A DNA stretch of 64,000 bases from Paragordius varius (taxonomy: Eukaryota; Animalia; Nematomorpha), in contig OZ176055.1 in NCBI GenBank assembly GCA_964247055.1, positions 372,001 to 436,000 of the forward strand. Direction: 5' to 3'. Position 1 is the stretch's first letter; each line of letters begins with the position of its first letter. The position numbers and the translations under genes were made by a program. Shown one piece after another: positions 54,857-64,000 of this stretch. The notes under the pieces were generated by a model. The model was not told the origin of the DNA. It made no database searches and was given only the letters and a program-made list of their open reading frames with translations.

Positions 54857-55793
54857 AAAACAATTTTTTGCGGACGCATCACGTTTTAAACTTTCGAGAT
54901 ATGTTTAGTTTTTGACTATTTCAATAGAGAGCCCGTTAACAATTATTGAAGCGTTTCCAACTTTCGGGCTAATTAACATCTTTCTTTTTTAAAGATTAAG
55001 CCGTAGCCCATATTTTTGGCATTCATTTACAAAATGTTGTAGTATGAGCGCCCTAATGAGTTTGGAGAAGTTAAAAATATACAGTTCAGGGTCTCTTTTT
55101 TCCTTTTTTGATCAAAGGTATGGGCTTAGATTGTATCCCGACTTGTGAAGGCTTTTATACTCGCCTGAACTGGGTTGACATTGATGATGGAAAAATTGGG
55201 TAGTTTTGGGGTTTAAACATAACCTTATAATTGACAAATGTAGTAATCAAAAATTTACTCTAATAAATTCATTTAATTTTAGCTGAATTAAAATTGCAAT
55301 AATAAAAAAATATTATTTTTAATTATTCTCTGAACGGATTTACAAAAACATCAATATTTCATAGTATAGATAAATTCTACTCTAATTATTTGCATACCTT
55401 AAATGTCACTGACAAACCCTTAATTTATAATTTCAATATTTATTCATATAACGGCATTGCAGTCAATTATTCCATTAATATTTTTAGTATATATCCTAAC
55501 ACTGTGTGGCAAAATGGGCATTGATAAATAAAGGTTAATGAATCATATATCCTTCGATAGCTAAATGTTTTAGGATAATAAATATTAAAATGATATACAC
55601 GGTAAAAATACTAGGGAAAACTTTATTTGTTATTAGCAAAAATTAAAATTCCAGCTTATATAAAATATTAAATACGCGCCCGACAAAACTTTAAATTTGT
55701 TTAAAAATAGCGAAAGAATCATTTCTAAACGAAAAAATATGTTGTTTTTATTCATAATAATAACTGTAATCAATTTTTTTATCATATATACAG

Positions 55794-56031
55794 GCACTCT
55801 AAATTTTGGGGCAGATGCCGATTTAGTTGTATTAAATGGGAATGATTTACCCGTTTGTGCAACGTTTGTTCAAGGCCACCTATGTTTAGTAGCCAACAAG
55901 CAAATATATTATTAAAGCAAAACCATTCAAAAGATGAATCAATAACAAATAATGGAAAAAATACTCAATTTTTTAATCCCAAATATTTAGAATATCTTAG
56001 GGCTTCCGGCATAGATTTTTGTATTTTATAG
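55794..56031 (+). pseudogene. AMDHD2: Duplicate of the AMDHD2 terminal exon 11; 1-nt deletion gives an early stop at 55915 (possible alternative last exon)
   Basis: Intact cag|GC acceptor in phase 1; reads [31 protein letters not shown], then TTT (55885-55887) versus TTTT in copy A. Downstream the copy-A frame stays open to TAG at 56029-56031. Confidence 0.8.
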
Positions 56032-56430
56032 GATTTTTATACATTTTCATTTTAATATTTTTAATACAGCTGCCTGAATTATTCGTTTTTACACACTTAT
56101 TATTCTTAAACAATTTTCATAGTATACAAGAGATAAATAGCAAAGTTTCACTGCAATTGAAATTGAAATTATACGGACAAAACGTAAAAATATAAGGACA
56201 AATATTTGTTTTCCTATAATAGCAATTGCAAAATATATATTTGATTGTGTTACCAATTTACATATCATTTTGCTATTGTAATCCCAAAATATATATACAT
56301 TGAAAAAAATCAAGATATAAAATATATTTGTCTTTATATTTTTTTTTGTTCCTATTTATAATTTCAATTTTTACTGCATAAACCTAAATAAATGTAATAT
56401 ATATTTTTATTTATACATTGTTATATTTTG

Positions 56431-56938
56431 CTACAATCTATCAACATAATTTTGGTTTAATTCACGTTGATATTCACAATTATCCCAAGTATTTTCATTT
56501 AGCATTTTATCTGTGGAGAAAATATAAAATATTTATATAAAAACAGTATACCATAGCTAGTCCAAAGTAACATTTTTACAACCAAACGCAACATTTTCCA
56601 TCCAACCGGAATTAAAAATGTTTTTGCTTGAAAAAATTTTGCATTTTGTCAAACGTTTGGATGAAAAAATTTTGCGTTTGTTTGATAAAATGTTGCGTTT
56701 GGTTGAAAAAATGTTATGTTTGACTGAAAAAATGTTGCCTTTGACTGAAAAATGGTATAATAAATATTTTAAGATAAAAATTACCTATTGTCGATTTTAT
56801 AGTATTTATCCTTAAGGCATCCTCTTTAATATACTCATTTAGATTTGCCGACATTTTTTCAGCCTCCTGAAAAAAATGTTAAAAATAAATTAGAAGTGCG
56901 ATTTCAATGATCAAAATTAATTTACAATGGTTTACATT

Positions 56939-56980
<42 letters not shown>

Positions 56981-59670
56981 TGAGTAAGTATATTGTTAAA
57001 AAGTTATTAAATATTTTCCAAGTAGCAAATGCAGAAAGGCGAATTATTATTGGCTAATAATAGTAAAATGAAGCCATAATTAATAACTTTCTAGCAATGT
57101 ATACCTCTTCATACTATATATATATATATATATAACTTAAATGGCAACGTTACCATACAAAAATATTAATTTAATTACTTTGGAGAATCTATTTTGTAGT
57201 CTTTGCGATTAAGGGTTTACCATATGAAAAATGTAAACACCTATAAATTCAAAGCCGTAAATTAATGATTATAAAATAAATTGAACTTTTGCTGGACCTT
57301 TATTAAAATATTTTGGCTTTTCAGATTTAGCTTATATACCTAACATTAAATGGCGTTACTTACACGTTGAAATTCTTTTTCTAGAGTTCTGATACGCCGT
57401 AAGATAGGTTCAATCATTGGTTCTATACAAAGGTCTGGACACAACATAAGCGTATTACTGTCAACATTAAATTGTAGGGTACTTTCCAAAGCTGATTTTC
57501 TAAAAAAGTAATGTTGAAAAGTATTAACGATAAGTTTATTTTCAACTTTAAAATCCTAGAAATCGGGCATGTGCTTTTAGGGGTATAAAATTAAAACTAG
57601 ATAAGTATATGGATCCTTATATAGAATTTGTCAACTTTGAAGATACCCCAGAGATAACACTTGTAATATTTTTTAAGTAAAGAAAGCAAAAACTTGCCAT
57701 AATTTTAATTAATTAAAATATATTCAAAAGCATGATTTAATCCTTCCTCCATATAATCTAAGCGACCTCCTGATGATAGAATGGTTAAGGCGTCGTGTCA
57801 TCACCCGAAAAAATTCATGACTGTCAGCGCTTGACATGCGAGTGTTGAAGTTCTCACGCTTTCTATATATTTATTTTTTTGTCGTTTTTTAACGGAAAAA
57901 AGTGAAAAAAATTTCCTCTAAAACAAGGGTGCTTATCGCAAATAACTTCGCGGGCCACAATTTCAATTCAAAAATCGGTGGGCGCACTTAAAAAAGGATA
58001 AACAGATGTAAAACTAGCTTTCGTCTATGGCAGGTGTAAATATTTAACGACAATAATTTGTCCCTAATTTGATAATTTGCCTATTGTCATAATACATCTG
58101 TATAATAATTTATAAATGAGGTTTAATATGGATCAAACGCATATAAGACCCTTGATAATCGATAATAAAATATATATGTTAACATTGTAAACTCCAAATA
58201 TAAAAACTCACGGTATAGTTTTTAAGGATTTTGTAACCGGAGTTCCGGTCGTGTTTTCTTTTCTATCATGTGATAGTTGTTCAATTTTTTTGGTCAAATC
58301 GGCCAACTGGTCTTGTATATCAAGTTTAAAATGCCTAATGCAGTAATAATTGAAATTATACGGACAAAATGTTAAATTTATAAAGACAAATATTCATTTC
58401 TAAAAGACAACCATACTTTTTAAATCTTGAGTTTTTGCATATAACTCATTGTTTTAAATTGCAAAGTATATTGATCTGTATACTGGTGACGGAATTAATT
58501 ATGTTTTTTACGATTGTAATTAAATGATTTTATAGAAAAAATTATGGTTTAAGAATGGTGGTCCTTTGAAAAAAAATATCTTTATATTTTTACGTTTTGT
58601 CCGTATAATTTCAATTTTAACTGTAAATAGTTAATAAAAAGACTTTAAAATACTTTATTTCGGATTCAATCATATTATTTCCTGTATAAGTATCGGCTAG
58701 TGTGGATTTTGCCTTCATGGATGGGAAATTATTTTTTTGCATATAAGCTTCGGAATTTTTATGTTGGGGGCTGTCCTGTTTTTCTTCAATTGGCTATATC
58801 ATATTTTTGATCGATATTGGGATTTGTAATGATCAAATTTTACATTCATTGTAGAAAATTATAATTATTAATGAAAATTTTTACTCTCTTGGCTATTTTA
58901 TATTTATAGGTCTTTGATATTTATAAAAATAAAAATTTTACACTGTTGATTTCGAAATATTTCACACCAAAATCCATTGTAAAACAAATTAGAAAATCAT
59001 TTAGCCTTATTTTTTTTATTTCTATTGAACACATTATTTATTGTAAATTTTTTTATAGAAACTATACTTCATTCCTGATATTATTTTGCAGAGAATCCTT
59101 TCCATCTGGCGTGGGGAACATAAAAGATTTTTGTGGATGTAAGCGCTTATTATGTTTGCTACTTTTATCGCTTTCAAAATCCTTCAGAGGTTTTATGAGC
59201 GGTTTTTCCACATTTGATTCAAGATTAATATCTGGAATATTTAGTGATTTCTTATGTGTTGGTTTATTTCCAACGACAGAGTCAATAGAATTGTCAGAAT
59301 GAATTCTACCATCCTCAAAATTTTCAAAATTATCATTTTTTTCTTTCTTTCCAATCTTTATATCCACATAGGAATTATTATCGCTACTATTTTCCCCAAA
59401 ATCTAGAGAAGAATTTAAGGAGGGCGAGGAATTCGTTCCTGTATAATTGGGCGCGCCAGAATTTTTTTTCGCATTGTTAACCTTTAGGGTAAGTTTGGGT
59501 TTAGAATCATCAGAATGATTAATGCTATCACTAATACTACTTTCTCCATCTTTCTCCTCTGAATACTTTGTCGTAAGTTGGGATGGAGACTTGTTTATTA
59601 CTGAACTTTTTTTTAAAAGTTCCAAGTTAGATGGTAGATTATTTTGTTTTGATGTCCTGCGATTTAGCAT
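56431..59670 (-). CDS. Uncharacterised multi-exon protein, paralog B
   Basis: Exons 59670-59068, 58793-58654, 58334-58212, [unresolved link], 57545-57364, 56866-56785 and 56510-56431 (TAG). Same splice sites and phases as paralog A; the unspliced first ORF is 202 aa from the shared ATG in both copies. Confidence 0.72.
58341..58623. mobile_element. MITE family 1 copy (orthologous to 50344-50625)
   Basis: Same intron position next to the exon-3 acceptor of paralog B. Confidence 0.82.
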
Positions 59671-60853
59671 TAAGCGTGACTTTTTTTGGTTAATATCAAC
59701 AAATGTGACAATCACAAACGTAATATAATAATATACTGATTATATGCGTAAAAAGGTAAAAAATTACACAGGTATATATGTATTGATTTTTATTATTCCT
59801 GCGCATATTGGAAGAAAAAAGTCTATATAAAAGCTTATGTATATATATATATATATATGCTTGTCTTGAGCGTCACCCTCCTAATACTTTTATGTTTTAT
59901 GTATAATAATAAATTTTATTGCTTATAAGTTATAATATAAAATTAAATGTTATAGTTTAATATAAAATCAAATTGTTTGTTGAAAACATATTTAATTAAT
60001 ATTTTTTTATTTTTAAATTATAAAATTATGACATCTATTATGCGCATCTTTTTTTTCCCAAATATAAATTATAAATTTAAATATTTTTAACGATAATACA
60101 AAGTAACGGCTGCTTTAAAAAATATATTCAATTTTATTGAATTTTCTTAAATGAGCGTTTTGTCTCCATTTGCGATGTTGCAACAGTTCCCCTTTTGTAA
60201 TCGACAAAATGAAAATTTAACCTTTTAAGCGTAGTCGCAATAAAAGATTAAAATATAGACATATAATATATAATTTCATTCTAACCATCAAATTTAGGCG
60301 ACAATTAGGACGACTTGGCGCCAAGTATAAAATTATTGCATTTTCCAAAAATTACATACACGTATTTATTCCAATCTTCTTTTACGTTCACCCATGCCTT
60401 TTTGCGTGAGGCAGCATAAATTTTTTAATCTTTAACCTATCTTCTATACACTATTATATGCTTATTTTCTAAAAATCATCTTACTTTTCTAAGCCTCCAA
60501 TATACTATAACCTGAATATTATAATAAAACTAATTTATCCTTACATTTAGCAGTTTTCCCATATACTTTTTTTTCGCAAATATTTTGGATAACATAAAAA
60601 TGGAATAATATCAAATTATTGATGCACTTGATTTATTAAATTTTCCCAATTTTATATGTATTATGTAATAAATTGTACAAATCAATAATCAAATATTTTT
60701 TTACAATCATTATCCCATATTTTCCACCATATTCGCCACAGAATTGTAAAGTGGGAAGTATGGTAGATGTTGAATATATATGTAGAAGAATACAATTGTT
60801 TATAAAAGTGTTTATTATTGGTATTTTCTAGTTAACCATTGTAAGTGTATGTT

Positions 60854-63311
60854 TTAGTGCTTATTGCATGGTTTTTTCACAATGACGGGTAAGGCTTCGC
60901 CCTCATCATCACTTCCTATATCATGGTCACTTTCACTGTGTTCCGATTCCTCACTCTCGCTGTGTTTATTGCGGCGTCGTTTGCATTTCTTTTTCTTTTC
61001 ATCCTCGCTCTCGGAACCGGAATGAGCCGACTCCGATGTAATGGAATCGGGGCGTTTGTTAAGTCTGAATCGAGTTTGCTTGAATATGACACGGGCTGGG
61101 GGCAATGGTCGAGGACGAATTACTATGGGGGCGGGTCTAATCACACCAGGCTTAACGACAATCGGTTTGGGTACGATTGGTTTCGGTTTCACAACAATGG
61201 GTTTGATACAAATAGGTTTTGGGCGAACGATAATCTTGGGTGGGTACACGGGTTTGGGATTAACTTCGATGGGGGCCGGGACAACTGTTTTAGGTCGGAC
61301 TACAATACTTGGGGGTTGAATGGGTTTCGGTCTAACCACAATCGGTTTTTGAACGATTGGTTTGGGTCGAATAACGATTGGTCCAGGTTGAGCTACCGGG
61401 TTATTTATAACGCTCCCAGGACGGCGATTGCAACGGGGGCGAGACGGGCGCCCAGTTATTTCTTCCGGGGGTTCGGGCGTTCCCACAGTCGCTAAATATT
61501 ATATTACAGAACATTGGGTATATGGAGTAAATAGTTATAATTCAAGTTTAATCTCTCATACAACCCTATACAGCTTTATTTATGAACATGCGCCTATGAA
61601 TCCGTGACAGAGAAAAGGCTGCTATTTTAAAAATTGGATGAAGCAAATTATCAAATATTTCGAGCTTTGAATGTGTATTATCCCTTTATTATAATTATTA
61701 ATAAATAAAACGATATCAGAATTTTTGACAATCATATTTTCGATCGATGTCCTATGATCAAATCTGATGCACCAAAATTGGTTATATTATGAACAACAAT
61801 ATTAGCCTTAAACAAGATAAGAAATAAAAGTTTGATCCTTCAAGTTATCATCATATATAAAATTTTAATTATAAAAGTTTATTTTATAAGGGGTAAGAAT
61901 TAATAAATTAAAAACGCCCTATAAATACATTTATAATTTATATTAAAATAGGTTCTAGTTTCTATCCAGTCAAACCAGTTTAATCGCTTATAATAAAATT
62001 CAATTTTTACCACATGAAATATATGTTGTTGCGATATAAAAAAATGGTTAATTAACTTAACGCTTTTCGGTTACAAGAAAATCGATAAAATTTAGTTACA
62101 GTAAAAATTGAAATTATACGGACAAGACGTGAAAATATAACGGCAAATTTTTTCAAACAACCATACTTTTTTAAACCACAAATTATCCTATTAAAGTCAA
62201 TTAAATACAATCGTTAAATACGTGATTGATTGTGTAACCAATTTAAATTCTATTTTTATTTTGAAGTTTAAACAATCAGTTATCATTGAAAAAAATAAAG
62301 ATTTAAAAAGTATGCTTGTCTTTTAGTAAAAAAAACACTTGTCTGCATATTTTAACATTATGTCCGTATAATTTCGATTTTTACTGTGTTATAATACCTT
62401 TAAATAAAATTACATTATATAGGTGTGTTTAACATCAATTGACCAAGACATGTTTTAGGGGTTTTGTTTAATAAATTCTTCATGAGAAATAACAGTTAAG
62501 GTTGAGATTTCATACAAAAAATAAGCAAAACCAGCTTAAATTATTCAACACATAATATTACTTACATATATCAGGTTTGTGACAGGGTTTATGGCCATAC
62601 AGACCACGTTTCTTTCGACCGCTAACCCGTTCATAACCAGCATTGGCTAAGGCTTCCTCCTCATTATCAATATCATAATTGTCTTCTTGAGCCTTGCTGA
62701 CTGTAAGAATACTAGCACTAATGGCTAAAAAGGCTAACAAAAGGACCCACTAAAAGAAAATATAAAAAATAGTTTTTGGTCTCAAAAAAATAAAGCAAAA
62801 ATTGGTCGTTTATCATTTATCCGTTGATTTAGGGTAAAAATTGGAATTATACGGGGACAAAATGTAAAGATATAAAGACAAATATCCTTTTTTTCCAAAA
62901 GAAAAGCATACTTTTTTAAACTCCCGTTTTTAAAAAATATAACCCATTGTTTTAAATTGGATATTATAAAATTGATATGTATATTGGTGACACAATAAAT
63001 TCTATATATAACAATTGTAATTAAATAGCTTATAGAGAAATGAATGTTTTATAATGGATGTCTTTAGAAAAAAATATTTGTCTTTAAATTTAACGTTTCG
63101 TCCGTATTTCAGTAATATATAGGATCCGAAATTTAAAGTAAAATAAGAGTGTTTAAAAGTTATCCGGCAATGGTATCTTTTATCTTTTAAAGATTATTCA
63201 TGAAAACATTTTTCCTTTTTTTTCCAAAAAAAATTAATAGAATTACGACAAAAAAGTAATATATTTATTAAAATATAAAAATATTAATACATTAATATGC
63301 ATTACCTTCAT
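60854..63311 (-). CDS. Secreted Pro/Ile/Val/Lys-repeat structural protein precursor, 275 aa, 3 coding exons
   Basis: Exons 63311-63306 (ATG AAG|gtaatg; less certain), 62749-62566 (ttttag|TGG...T|gtaagt) and 61491-60854 (tttag|CG); phases 0 and 1 are consistent. Architecture: MKWVLLLAFLAISASILTVSKA signal-like peptide, acidic propeptide, RKKR, eight 12-aa repeats, then a Ser/Glu/Asp-rich and Lys/Arg-rich tail. Confidence 0.8.
62099..62386. mobile_element. MITE family 1 copy in intron 2 of the secreted-protein gene
   Basis: ta|cagtaaaaattgaaattatacggacaag ... tgtccgtataatttcgatttttactg. Confidence 0.85.
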
Positions 63312-63356
63312 AACCGATTGTGATAAATAGCTTATAGGATAATCAAAAAATAAAAA

Positions 63357-63393
63357 TAATGAATTATTTTAACCAAATTTTTGGCTTTATATA
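63357..63393 (-). promoter_or_regulatory. Candidate TATA box + initiator of the secreted-protein gene
   Basis: Minus-strand TATATAAA (63393-63386) followed by TCATTA with the A at 63360, 49 nt upstream of the ATG. Such motifs also arise by chance in AT-rich DNA. Confidence 0.35.
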
Positions 63394-64000
63394 CGTTTCC
63401 CGTCATCAGCTAAAGAATACCAATTTTAGCTTTTCGTATTCCAAAAACACAGAAAAAAATAGATTTAGGTCAAGAAAACGATGTCAATAACATGACCCCA
63501 AATTATAATTATTTCCATTTAGCTTTGCATATATTTCTCCTTTTATCCGCAAAACAGTAAAAAACCATAAAATAATTTTATTGACAGTCAGATTAGTTGT
63601 GATGACAAAAAACGCATGCAGAAACCTTGGGCGCAAAACCTGGTTTTTTTGTATGTGATTTTTATATGTTGCAATAAAATGTATAATTTATAGCTACAAT
63701 ATTATAGTAATAAAATAATGATTAGAATTTTATGAATTAACCTGTTTTTCATTTAGTTATATAAATGATTTTTGTTCAACATATTTTGACATTGTATTTA
63801 ACCAATATATCTATTCCTTAAAGTTAAAGGAATTTATCAGTTTGCTGAATGATCCATGGAACAAAACAAAAAAAGGTAGGAATCTTTCCAACAAGGGCTC
63901 GTCTCTTAAGTGATTTATTGTTCAATTTTGTGTCACCGTTGTATAATAAACAAAAGAAACTTTTATGTTAAATCTCAGAATTTATATCATTTATAACTTA

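Larger units (their letters stand above)
52828..60063. repeat. Tandem segmental duplication, copy B (about 7.2 kb)
   Basis: Collinear with 45150-52073; carries a private solo LTR and different microsatellite and minisatellite lengths. Confidence 0.93.

Noticed and set aside
50958-59728. Plus-strand ORFs 50958-51320, 51540-51740, 58946-59302 and 59522-59728
   Set aside because: Antisense shadows of exon 1 of the two paralogs.
60923-61495. Plus-strand ORFs of 190 aa and 92 aa (Gly/Phe/Asn/Thr-rich)
   Set aside because: Antisense readings of the Pro-rich repeat exon. The minus frame has splice sites in phase with a signal-peptide exon.
1-64000. tRNA, rRNA, snRNA or telomeric arrays
   Set aside because: No cloverleaf, conserved rRNA/snRNA motifs or telomere-like tandem arrays were seen by eye; tRNAscan-SE/Infernal would be needed to exclude them formally.

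Overview
AT-rich eukaryotic (invertebrate animal-like) genomic DNA with spliceosomal introns. It is not prokaryotic, and most entries in the ORF track are noise or antisense shadows. Five host gene models were reconstructed by hand. (1) An uninterrupted minus-strand B-type muscarinic acetylcholine receptor ORF (2712 to beyond position 1), missing from the ORF track because its stop lies outside the window. (2) An 11-exon N-acetylglucosamine-6-phosphate deacetylase (AMDHD2/NagA, 35964-48102) with a 26-nt first intron, large insertions and a duplicated last exon at 55794. (3, 4) Two tandem paralogs of an unrecognised multi-exon gene (48591-51691 and 56431-59670, minus) inside a roughly 7-kb tandem duplication. 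(5) A 3-exon secreted protein with a furin site and eight 12-aa Pro/Ile/Val/Lys repeats (60854-63311, minus). The rest is transposon-rich: a near-intact 2.7-kb Buster/SPIN-type hAT element with one frameshift, a non-autonomous Charlie-like hAT, nested RTE LINEs, a solo LTR, about 18 copies of a palindromic TA-flanked MITE, a second MITE family, and foldback-like elements with 21-bp subterminal arrays. No rRNA, tRNA or CRISPR array was found. All coordinates, alignments and homologies come from manual reading and recall of the families; no searches were run.
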